A DNA stretch of 64,000 nucleotides from Candidatus Giovannonibacteria bacterium (GTDB lineage: Bacteria; Patescibacteriota; Minisyncoccia; JACPKW01; UBA11713): contig JACPKW010000006.1 in the NCBI GenBank assembly GCA_016186825.1, forward strand, positions 3,191-67,190. The letters are read 5' to 3'. This document shows, in pieces, positions 30,065 through 37,560 of the stretch (position 1 is the stretch's first letter; each line of letters opens with the position of its first letter). A program made the translations under genes and the position numbers. The notes under the pieces are model-generated. The model was not told where the DNA came from and made no database searches. It saw nothing but the letters and a program-made list of their open reading frames with translations.

Positions 30065-30774
30065 AAAACCTTCTAATCGTTTTTTCGGCGGGTTTTTTGC
30101 CCTCGCTTTTGTGGCTTTGGTTTTGGCTTAAAGAAGACCCGCATCCGGAACCCAGAAAAACACTTCTAAAAAGCTTCCTCGCGGGAATCGCGATCGTCCC
30201 TTTTGTTTTTTTATTAGAATATGGTTTTTTAAAGCTGCTTGTAACAAATGGGGTCGTCCAAAAGTCTCAAATTGACTACCTCCCGCTTGCCCAAAGCCTA
30301 ATTCTTTTTCTGGGATGGGCGTTTATCGAAGAAATTTCAAAATTTTTTACTGCTTGGTGGGTAGATTTAAGACGCTCTGTCTATGACGAGCCGGTAGATG
30401 CCATGATCTATTTAATTACCGTATCGCTGGGCTTTGCGGCGCTCGAAAATGCTCTTTTCTTAAACAAAGTGCTCCCCGAAGGGGTAATCCAAAGCGCGAT
30501 GACCCTAAATTTGCGCTTCCTAGGAGCCACGCTTCTCCACTCCCTTACCGCCGGAGTAATGGGGGCATCGATCGCGCTCTCTTTTTTCCACAAAGAGCAT
30601 GTTCACCGCAACGTGATTGGTGGAATTATCCTCGCTACTCTATTGCACTGGAGTTTTAACGCAATTATAATTAATTCAGAAAGCGAGTTGATGTTTCAAA
30701 CTTTTTTTGCAGTATGGTCGCTCGTAGTAGTACTAATTTTTATTTTTGAACGCGTGAAGCGACTTCACGCCTAA
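30049..30774 (+). CDS. PrsW-family intramembrane glutamic protease (putative)
   Basis: 241 aa polytopic; FIEEISKF (EExxK), ALENALF, HSLTAG motifs. Confidence 0.55.
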   Translation: MAESIKNLLIVFSAGFLPSLLWLWFWLKEDPHPEPRKTLLKSFLAGIAIVPFVFLLEYGFLKLLVTNGVVQKSQIDYLPLAQSLILFLGWAFIEEISKFFTAWWVDLRRSVYDEPVDAMIYLITVSLGFAALENALFLNKVLPEGVIQSAMTLNLRFLGATLLHSLTAGVMGASIALSFFHKEHVHRNVIGGIILATLLHWSFNAIIINSESELMFQTFFAVWSLVVVLIFIFERVKRLHA

Positions 30775-30787
30775 TAAACCAACAACT

Positions 30788-31246
30788 ATGTTAAGAGATA
30801 ATCGTTCATTTTTTGAAAAACTTACTGGCTCTACTCGTATGGATGAGGAAATCACTAACGAAGAACCGCAGGCAGAACTCGCGAGATCCAAAGGCGAGTG
30901 GCTTACCTCCGATGAAGAAGGCCAGCTTACAGTAGATGTCTTCCAGACTCCGGATGAAATTATAATCCAGTCTACTGTGGCAGGCGTGAAACCTGATGAA
31001 ATGGATGTATCAATAACGCAAGATATGGTAACGATCAAAGGAAAAAGGCAGAGGGCGCATGAAGTTACAGAAAAAGACTTTTTCTATCGCGAACTGTATT
31101 GGGGGACATTCTCTCGCTCCATTCTTTTGCCCCAAGAAGTGGACGCTGACGCCGCAATAGCTAGTTTGAAAAATGGCCTGCTTACAGTTCGGCTTCCGAA
31201 ACTAGACAAATCCAGAACGCAGAAACTGAAAGTGAAAATGGAATAG
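30788..31246 (+). CDS. Hsp20/alpha-crystallin family small heat-shock protein
   Basis: 152 aa alpha-crystallin domain. Confidence 0.85.
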   Translation: MLRDNRSFFEKLTGSTRMDEEITNEEPQAELARSKGEWLTSDEEGQLTVDVFQTPDEIIIQSTVAGVKPDEMDVSITQDMVTIKGKRQRAHEVTEKDFFYRELYWGTFSRSILLPQEVDADAAIASLKNGLLTVRLPKLDKSRTQKLKVKME

Positions 31247-31248
31247 TA

Positions 31249-31293
31249 ACACAAAACTAAAATTGCCCATGATGGGCAATTTTAGTTTTGTGT
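31249..31293 (+). terminator. perfect 22-bp-arm palindrome (hsp20 terminator)
   Basis: ACACAAAACTAAAATTGCCCAT-G-ATGGGCAATTTTAGTTTTGTGT, directly after the stop codon. Confidence 0.6.
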
Positions 31294-31389
31294 GCCGCGG
31301 GGGTGATCGGTCACATGTTGGCTTCGCCACTCGCGACCCCGCCTCGCGGTCGCCTCCGGCGACATCGCTCCGGCTTTCGATTCACCACG

Positions 31390-31477
31390 CGAGCGAAGCA
31401 GTTCGCTCGCTCCCACGGCAAAATTTCTTCGCGCGAGCGAAGCAGTTCGCTCGCTCCCACGGCAAAATTTCTTCGAA
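31390..31477. repeat. 2 x 44-nt tandem repeat each with GCGAGCGAA-GCAG-TTCGCTCGC hairpin
   Basis: two identical units in tRNA-Phe trailer; not CRISPR (only 2 units, no cas). Confidence 0.6.
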
Positions 31478-31482
31478 ATTTG

Positions 31483-31554
31483 TGCCGCGGGGGTGAATCG
31501 AACACCCGACGCCTACCTCTTCAGGGTAGCGCTCTGCCACTGAGCTACCGCGGC
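31483..31554 (-). tRNA. tRNA-Phe (GAA)
   Basis: GCCGCGG acceptor, loop CTGAAGA; 3'-end 22-nt segment duplicated at 31291-31313. Confidence 0.85.
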
Positions 31555-31636
31555 AATAAAAAAAGTATAAATGATCAAAAATTTTATATCAAACTCAAGG
31601 AGGGCAACCCAAAAAACTTTTGAATTGCCCTCTCAA

Positions 31637-32101
31637 TCAGATGCTTAAGGAATTAAAAAGATCCCGAAGAAAGTTCCAGCGCCTCGAAGATTCGTATTCT
31701 TTCCACAGTCTGGAAATTATCCGAGTGATTTCGGACTTATACTCGGGTTTCGGGCATCTCGCATAAAGCTCGAACATATTCAAGAACGCCTTCATATCTT
31801 CGGGAATCTTTCCTGCAAAAACGCGCCGGAATGCATCCATTTCCAAAGAAATTCTCCGGTCAAATCTTGTTCTCATGGTGAGAAGAGAAATCGACCCGAA
31901 CTTTAATAAACAAATGGAAACGATGAGCGCTAGATACCATTGCAGAGGCCAAATAAACGCAAAGCCAAGAAGCCCAACCTGCCCCACCAAATTGAAAGTT
32001 CTGACAAAAGTCACGCATGCAATAAAATCTTTTGCGTAATAAATTCTCAATGCCGAATAAACTCGTTCTTCAGAATCCATAACTCCTCCTTGTGATTTCA
32101 A
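31637..32101 (-). CDS. hypothetical membrane protein
   Basis: 154 aa, 2-3 TM. Confidence 0.4.
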   Translation of the reverse strand: MKSQGGVMDSEERVYSALRIYYAKDFIACVTFVRTFNLVGQVGLLGFAFIWPLQWYLALIVSICLLKFGSISLLTMRTRFDRRISLEMDAFRRVFAGKIPEDMKAFLNMFELYARCPKPEYKSEITRIISRLWKEYESSRRWNFLRDLFNSLSI

Positions 32102-32104
32102 ACA

Positions 32105-32175
32105 ACACTTTTGTGCGCGCTCGAGGGATCGAACCCCGGGCCTACTCGGTGTAAACGAGTCGCTCTGCCACTGAG
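32105..32175 (-). tRNA. tRNA-Val (TAC)
   Basis: GCGCGCT acceptor, loop TTTACAC. Confidence 0.85.
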
Positions 32176-32205
32176 CTAAGCGCGCATATTTTTAATTTTC
32201 TATCT

Positions 32206-32322
32206 ATGCGCAGTATTCTTGAATTAGTCCGAACCCCGGTAGTAAAGCAAAGCTTACTACGGGGCACGGCGCATTTCGCCGCCTGCGGCGGCGAGCCTGC
32301 CTGCCGGTAGGCAGGTTTGGCG
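32206..32322. repeat. island repeat module copy (hairpin motif + CCTGCCTGCCGGTAGGCAGG palindrome) immediately downstream of paralog P1
   Basis: GCAGTATTCTTGAATTAGTCCGAACCCCGGTAGTAAAGCAAAGCTTACT..GGGG shared with 35183-35260; palindrome shared with 35443-35462 and R repeats. Confidence 0.55.
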
Positions 32323-32330
32323 GCAAATTC

Positions 32331-33021
32331 TTATTGGATAAATTTAAAACTTCCAACCAATTCTTCAAAAGCAGCATTATCAAAAATCTCACCCCGTTTA
32401 TTCATTTTTATGGTTATGCCTTCAATCTTATCTCCTCCGCGTAAATACTTTAACGCCGTAATTGGTATGTATACCACCTCTAGAATTTCGTCACTACCAA
32501 TATTTTGTTCTGTAAACCGTGTCGCTTGCATACCACTCACAAGAACCACTTCCCGAAAATTAGATGAAGCTTTTCTTCCACGATCTTTCATTTTTCCAGC
32601 CAGTTCCTTTATTGAATCAATGCTTACTGGTATCGGATATATTTCAATGCTGTTTTGTAGTGAAGTTTGTGCTAAAGAAGGGGCGAAGAATAGTTCTTCC
32701 GATTTTGCTGCTTGTTGTGCTCCGGTTAGAAAACGCAGTTCTTCATTCCTATCATTTTTTGTGACAAGAACAAATTCAGCATTTTCATCGGCAAAATTGG
32801 TAATTGGATTTGGTCCAGTCGTATTCATAAACTTTGTGTAATCCAATGCAACTCGATAATTTTTCGGCAGAGAAAATGTATAACCCAATCTATTATTTAT
32901 GTAACTCGTTTTTTGTTCTGTGGTCGTGTTCGGTGTTTGAATGTCATTATCGCTCCCCCCTTTTTTTGTTAAGAACAGATAACCTCCAATTCCAAGCACG
33001 ACAATAACAAGTAGTATTATT
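32331..33021 (-). pseudogene. paralog P1 of anchored secreted-protein family; canonical ATG replaced by ACG (possible pseudogene or rare start)
   Basis: upstream in-frame codons encode ..T-NQKGFAKILIILLVIVVLGIGGYLF.. matching MNQKGFANI.. N-termini of P2-P4, but ATG->ACG; ORF-track start is internal GTG at 32999. Confidence 0.45.
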
Positions 33022-33083
33022 AAAATTTTAGCAAATCCCTTTTGGTTCGTATTGATAAAAATTTAAGTCAATGATTAAAAAAT

Positions 33084-33206
33084 TTTTCTTTTCCCCAAAA
33101 TTAAAATATGGTTCGAGCCGACCCGCCTGCATCAGCTATGCTGAAAGCATTGCGGGCAGGTGTTTTTCTATGGGTTCTTTACCTACCGGCAGGCAGGTTT
33201 GGCGGC
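33084..33206. repeat. R repeat copy R1 (5'-leader/intergenic module)
   Basis: TTTTCCCCAAAATTAAAATATGGTTCGAGCCGACCCGCCTGCATCAGCTATGCTGAAAGCATTGCGGGCAGG..CCTACCGGCAGGCAGGTTTGGCGGC; near-identical to 33972-34095 and 37383-37500. Confidence 0.6.
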
Positions 33207-33336
33207 ATTCAATCAAAAATTCGTAGAGCGAATACTTAAAGAATATAAGATTATGACAAAAATTTCAATTTCAAAAAAAGTACGAGCCCCAAGCAGAATT
33301 GAATTCCACGAGGGGCTCGAGTGGTCACCGACGCCG

Positions 33337-33819
33337 TTAGGCGAAGATTTCGGTGGCGTAGCGCTTGGAAAAGAAACGGAACTTGATCCGGTCGAGCATG
33401 GTAAGCGTCGCCTTGCCCCACCGCGCGAGGTTCACGAACACGGTGCCGTCGTTCGAATCCATGAAGTCCTTGAACTGGTAATCCACCGGGTCGCCCTTGT
33501 GGAACTCGAGGACGACGTCCCAGCCGTCCTCAATCGCCTGCATGCCAGTGAATATGCCACAGCGAGTGGTACTGCTGAACTGGATGAACTTGTCGCCCTG
33601 CTCGCTAGTCATTCGAACATCCACCATCTCGCACATCGCGCCGTACTTGCGGATCGCCTCGTCGATCGAGATCGTCCGCCCCTTGCCGGGAGCCCACCGC
33701 AGACCCGCCAGTTGTCCATCGTCGTAGATGTTCATCTGGAAAAGCGGCATAGGGTGACCCTTGAGGTTGAGAAACTCCTGGGCCTTCTTGAGCCCGCCGA
33801 GTGTAGGTTTGTAACCCAT
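33337..33819 (-). CDS. GC-rich foreign hypothetical protein (160 aa) occupying a paralog slot
   Basis: local GC ~60% vs ~40% genome; strong SD GGAGGG 7 nt upstream of ATG; own terminator GAGCCCC..GGGGCTC+T7 at ~33262-33305; balanced aa composition whereas + strand ORF 33160-33993 is antisense-like. Confidence 0.55.
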   Translation of the reverse strand: MGYKPTLGGLKKAQEFLNLKGHPMPLFQMNIYDDGQLAGLRWAPGKGRTISIDEAIRKYGAMCEMVDVRMTSEQGDKFIQFSSTTRCGIFTGMQAIEDGWDVVLEFHKGDPVDYQFKDFMDSNDGTVFVNLARWGKATLTMLDRIKFRFFSKRYATEIFA

Positions 33820-33971
33820 AACGGTTCCCTCCTTTCAATGTGCAGTTTGATTCCATCCAAGCACCATGCCTGGATTTCCTGCTATCCAACCATAATAGGA
33901 CTTGTGTGTCAAGCGCAACAAAAAATCACCATCTCTGGTGTTTCTCATTTCTTAACTCTTTGGATTAAAAA

Positions 33972-34170
33972 CTTTTCTTTCCCCCAAAATTAAAATATGG
34001 TTCGAGTCGACCCGCCTGCATCAGCTATGCTGAAAACATTGCGGGCAGGTGTTTTTCTCCAGGTTCCCTGCCTACCGGCAGGCAAGTTTTGCGGTTTTTA
34101 TCAGCGCGAACATCTTTATCATATCACAAACAACATTCCTTTCCCAATCTGGTGCAGTATTCTTGAATTA
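33972..34170. repeat. R repeat copy R2
   Basis: same module as R1/R5 plus tail ..CTGGTGCAGTATTCTTGAATTAGTCCGAACCC. Confidence 0.6.
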
Positions 34171-34447
34171 GTCCGAACCCATTTCGCCGCCGCACCGATA
34201 ACAATTTTCCTTCAACTTCGTTCAGGATGGTGAGCTTGCCGAATCAACAAGTTTTTCTTCTTGACCTGAGCTTATCGAAGGTTGGAGGCAGGAGTTATTT
34301 ACTGACTCACAACATGTTAACTACAATATCTTTCTGTTTATTAACATGTCCAACACAAGGCATATAGTGGTGATCAGTGATCTAGTTCTCCGATAACTCC
34401 TTCAATTTTTTATATTTAAGTTCTTTCGGTATGTGCGTAATTATAGA

Positions 34448-35080
34448 CTACCTTGATGCTTGATAGAATTTAATTGTTGCAATTGCGGCTTCAGAGGAAG
34501 CAAATATCTCATCAACACGATTTTTTTCTACATTAGGACCACCAAGAACTCGTATCGTGATTCCTTTATTAGTAAGTGGATGAATAAAATAGAGATCTTC
34601 TAAAATATTAATCACCACATTTGGATCAGAAGAGAAAAACTCTGTTTTGCAACCTTGAACGGATATTCCTCCTGAAGTTTTAATCTCAATTCCACCCCTT
34701 TTTATCCCTCCGCCCAAGGTATTATCACCAGTGCATCCTGATGACTGATATTCTTTCAGAGTATGATCGTCATTAGAATAGGTCCATGTAATATAATACT
34801 TAGGGGGATTAGACGGAATTAGAGCGTTAGCTTCTTTACTATCAAGCGCGTCTCCCCCGGAAATCAAATAACTAGCCCCTACATGGGGCTTCCATTTATT
34901 AACATCGTAGTGAATTTCTATACCAAATGCGTCGCTTCGAAAAATCCCTAACCCCATGCTATCGATCGTTTTCGTTGGAGATTGACTCAGATTTTTAATA
35001 AGCGCAAAATATCCAATCGTACCTACAAGTATCACAATGACTACTATCAAAACAATATTCGCAAATCCCTTTTGGTTCAT
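34448..35080 (-). CDS. paralog P2, anchored secreted protein
   Basis: 210 aa; MNQKGFANIVLIVVIVILVG N-terminus. Confidence 0.55.
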   Translation of the reverse strand: MNQKGFANIVLIVVIVILVGTIGYFALIKNLSQSPTKTIDSMGLGIFRSDAFGIEIHYDVNKWKPHVGASYLISGGDALDSKEANALIPSNPPKYYITWTYSNDDHTLKEYQSSGCTGDNTLGGGIKRGGIEIKTSGGISVQGCKTEFFSSDPNVVINILEDLYFIHPLTNKGITIRVLGGPNVEKNRVDEIFASSEAAIATIKFYQASR

Positions 35081-35126
35081 GTTAAAAATTTATTCGCTAT
35101 TAAGTTTTCCACTCATTATTAAAAAA

Positions 35127-35260
35127 TTTTCTTCCCCAAAAATTAAAATATGGTTCGATATTCTTAGTATAGCATTATTTTTGCAGTATTCTTGAATTAG
35201 TCCGAACCCCGGTAGTAAAGCAAAGCTTACTGCGGGGCATGGCGCATTTTGCCGCACCGA
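35127..35260. repeat. R repeat copy R3 (variant)
   Basis: TTTTCTTCCCCAAAAATTAAAATATGGTTCGAT + GCAGTATTCTTGAATTAGTCCGAACCCCGGTAGTAAAGCAAAGCTTACTGCGGGG. Confidence 0.5.
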
Positions 35261-35477
35261 TGCTTGCCCCGTACCAATCCTAAGCAAGAACTCGGCAATG
35301 GTAGTATGTAAGCCGAAGGCGATATCGCGAGATAAACTTAGATTTTAGAAGCGATATATTTGGGATTGGTGCGGGGACAATTTTCCCGCCGCATATTTAA
35401 AATTTTAGAAGGCGGGATCCCGTTAAAAACGGTGACAAGTTTTTCCCTGCCTGCCGGCAGGCAGGTTTGGCGGCAAA

Positions 35478-36116
35478 TTATTTAGTCCAAACAAAGGACG
35501 AAACAATATGATCAAAAACAGAATCGTATTTACTATCAAGACCATGTGCAAATCTAAACTCTGCAGTGTAATCTCCTTTCGTAATTGTCGCAATATACTG
35601 TTCAGATCCTGGTTCTCTTTTTTGTATAAGAATTTCGGTACTGCCAGATTTTATCTTTCTCAAGGTAGTGTAAGTGTACCAAACTGGGGGCGGCGGTGTT
35701 TTTTTGTAATTGATAATTACGACAGAAATACTTTTTTGTTCAGAGGTTTCTCCTGGAGGCAAAAAATAAACACTCGTCCCAATCTCACCAGTTCCAAACT
35801 CTTTTATAGACCAATTGAGCGGATATTCAGCCGAATATCCAAACCACTGATTTGTTTTGCTATATATCTTCCAGCCGCTATCAGCTGGTTTCTTTACTGG
35901 TTCGCTCCCTCCACTTTTTATCGACTCACTGTTAACAAGTGGTTTAGGTTCACTCTGTATATTTTCCGCCGGAGTTTTATCGGAGCTTGTAGATTCGACA
36001 GGCTGATTTACAGGAGGATTCTGTGGGCGTTGCCTCAGTACAAAATATCCAGTCGCGCCAACAAGTACAACGACCAGAACAATTACGATTATATTTGCAA
36101 ATCCCTTTTGATTCAT
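35478..36116 (-). CDS. paralog P3, anchored secreted protein
   Basis: 212 aa; MNQKGFANIIVIVLVVVLVG; WKIYSKTNQWFGYSAEYPLNW motif. Confidence 0.55.
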   Translation of the reverse strand: MNQKGFANIIVIVLVVVLVGATGYFVLRQRPQNPPVNQPVESTSSDKTPAENIQSEPKPLVNSESIKSGGSEPVKKPADSGWKIYSKTNQWFGYSAEYPLNWSIKEFGTGEIGTSVYFLPPGETSEQKSISVVIINYKKTPPPPVWYTYTTLRKIKSGSTEILIQKREPGSEQYIATITKGDYTAEFRFAHGLDSKYDSVFDHIVSSFVWTK

Positions 36117-36126
36117 ATGATTAAAA

Positions 36127-36296
36127 CTTTTCTTCCCCCAAAATTAAAATATGGTTCGAGCCGATTGTTTTAACGGGTTCTATGCCTACCGGCAGGCAAG
36201 TTTTGCGGTTTTTATCAGCGCGAACGTCTTTATAATATCACAAACAATGTTCCTTTCTAAACTGGTGCAGAATTCTTGAATTAGTCCGAACCCATT
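36127..36296. repeat. R repeat copy R4 (internal deletion variant)
   Basis: CTTTTCTTCCCCCAAAATTAAAATATGGTTCGAGCCGA..CCTACCGGCAGGCAAGTTTTGCGG..CTGGTGCAGAATTCTTGAATTAGTCCGAACCC. Confidence 0.55.
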
Positions 36297-36435
36297 TCGC
36301 CGCAGTTACCGACTCTTTTTGTGGCCATATTGATGAGATGTTTTATGCTGGTAATCACCCCTTGATTTTACCAACGGCGGTGTCGCAGGGGTATTACCGA
36401 TGTATCTCATCTTCTGCAATAATTGCAATCTCTTT

Positions 36436-36690
36436 TTATAATTCGGATTTATTTTTTAAACGATTTTCGATAAAAAGCGAAACAAAAAGCAATATCAATG
36501 CCCCTAATGCGATTGGGGTCGCAAAATATTTATAAAACGGCCATGGGCAAAAACCGCGTTCATATAAAGGTGCATTCTGCATTTCTGTAATGCATTTGTT
36601 TTCAACTGTTAAAATAACGACAAGAAAAATAAAATAAAGCACGACGATCGCAAGACTTAGCAATTTGAAAAACTTTATGAAAACCACCAT
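36436..36690 (-). CDS. hypothetical small membrane protein
   Basis: 84 aa, two TM helices, Cys pair. Confidence 0.35.
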   Translation of the reverse strand: MVVFIKFFKLLSLAIVVLYFIFLVVILTVENKCITEMQNAPLYERGFCPWPFYKYFATPIALGALILLFVSLFIENRLKNKSEL

Positions 36691-36767
36691 ATGGTCTTAG
36701 AATTAAATTAATTAATAAATTTGAAAGTTAGGAGGATTTCATTAACTGTTTTCCTTTTAGCGGTAAA

Positions 36768-37328
36768 CTATTCAGCATACTTTAAGGTCTTAGCGATTGC
36801 TTCCATCTGAGAAACATGGGCATCAACGAGTGATTTATTAAAGCATCCGGAATCAAATCTATCATATCGCGTTTGACCATCAAATTTCGTGTATGCAATT
36901 TGTAGCGTTACATCATCACCCTCACATTTTATAAGAGTTTCATCTACCATCTCGCCATCGATTAAAATTTTCTTAGCCCAAACTGTGCCATAACCGATAT
37001 ATCCACCAACTTCTTTCATGCCAGCAAAAAACGTAAATTGAAAACCGGGTTTTTCAAAAATCACGTTTGTCCAAGTAGAGCCGGGTTTTTCGGATAACTT
37101 TAGCTCCAATGGATATTTTAGCTCAAATCCATATTTTTCACTTCTGTATGTTTTCCAGCTTGCAGTTTCGCTATTAGATATAGGAGGAGTTTGTGTTGTG
37201 GCTGGAGGCATTTTTTGTTCAGCAGAAGGAGCCGAGATTTTTACGAATGCAAAATATCCGCCGACAGCTACGATGGCAACGATTACTATTATCAAAACAA
37301 TATTCGCAAATCCTTTTTGATTTTTCAT
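36768..37328 (-). CDS. paralog P4, anchored secreted protein
   Basis: 186 aa; MKNQKGFANIVLIIVIVAIVAVGG; WKTYRSEKYGFELKYPLELK. Confidence 0.55.
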   Translation of the reverse strand: MKNQKGFANIVLIIVIVAIVAVGGYFAFVKISAPSAEQKMPPATTQTPPISNSETASWKTYRSEKYGFELKYPLELKLSEKPGSTWTNVIFEKPGFQFTFFAGMKEVGGYIGYGTVWAKKILIDGEMVDETLIKCEGDDVTLQIAYTKFDGQTRYDRFDSGCFNKSLVDAHVSQMEAIAKTLKYAE

Positions 37329-37382
37329 ATTAATATGATTATTAGTTAATAATTTCCGACTTTATGTTTATGATTAAAAAAT

Positions 37383-37560
37383 TTTTTTCCCCAAAATTAA
37401 AACATGGTTCGAGCCGACCCGCCTGCATCAGCTATGCTGAAAACATTGCGGGCAGGTGTTTTTCTCCAGGTTCCCTGCCTACCGGCAGGCAGGTTTTGCG
37501 GTTTTTATCAGCGCAAACGTCTTTATAATATCACAAACAACATTCCTTTCTAAACTGGTG
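37383..37560. repeat. R repeat copy R5, fused at its distal end to a tRNA 3' half
   Basis: same module as R1/R2; ends ..AAACTGGTG|CCCCCGCCAAGAATCGAACTTGG. Confidence 0.6.

Noticed and set aside
31390-31477. Possible CRISPR array
   Set aside because: Only two identical 44-nt units with no spacers or leader, and no cas genes anywhere in the window.
31263-31623. ORFs of 77, 111 and 64 aa in the tRNA-Phe trailer
   Set aside because: They span tandem hairpin repeats and the tRNA itself. Arg/Ser/Ala-rich shadow frames.
33160-33993. 277-aa plus-strand ORF
   Set aside because: Antisense to the GC-rich 160-aa gene. Leu/Arg/His/Val-rich composition typical of reverse frames. Its start lies inside repeat R1.
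33997-34233. 78-aa plus-strand ORF inside repeat R2 (similar frames in R1 and R5)
   Set aside because: It lies within a repeated non-coding module. Conservation is at the nucleotide level, not the amino-acid level.
34448-37328. P-family N-terminus (MNQKGFANI...) as a genuine type IV prepilin leader
   Set aside because: It lacks the conserved Glu at +5 after the putative G|F cleavage site. A plain signal anchor is more likely.
32206-37560. Integron or diversity-generating retroelement explanation for the cassette array
   Set aside because: No integron integrase, reverse transcriptase or TR/VR pair is present in the window. The repeats are intergenic, not intragenic.
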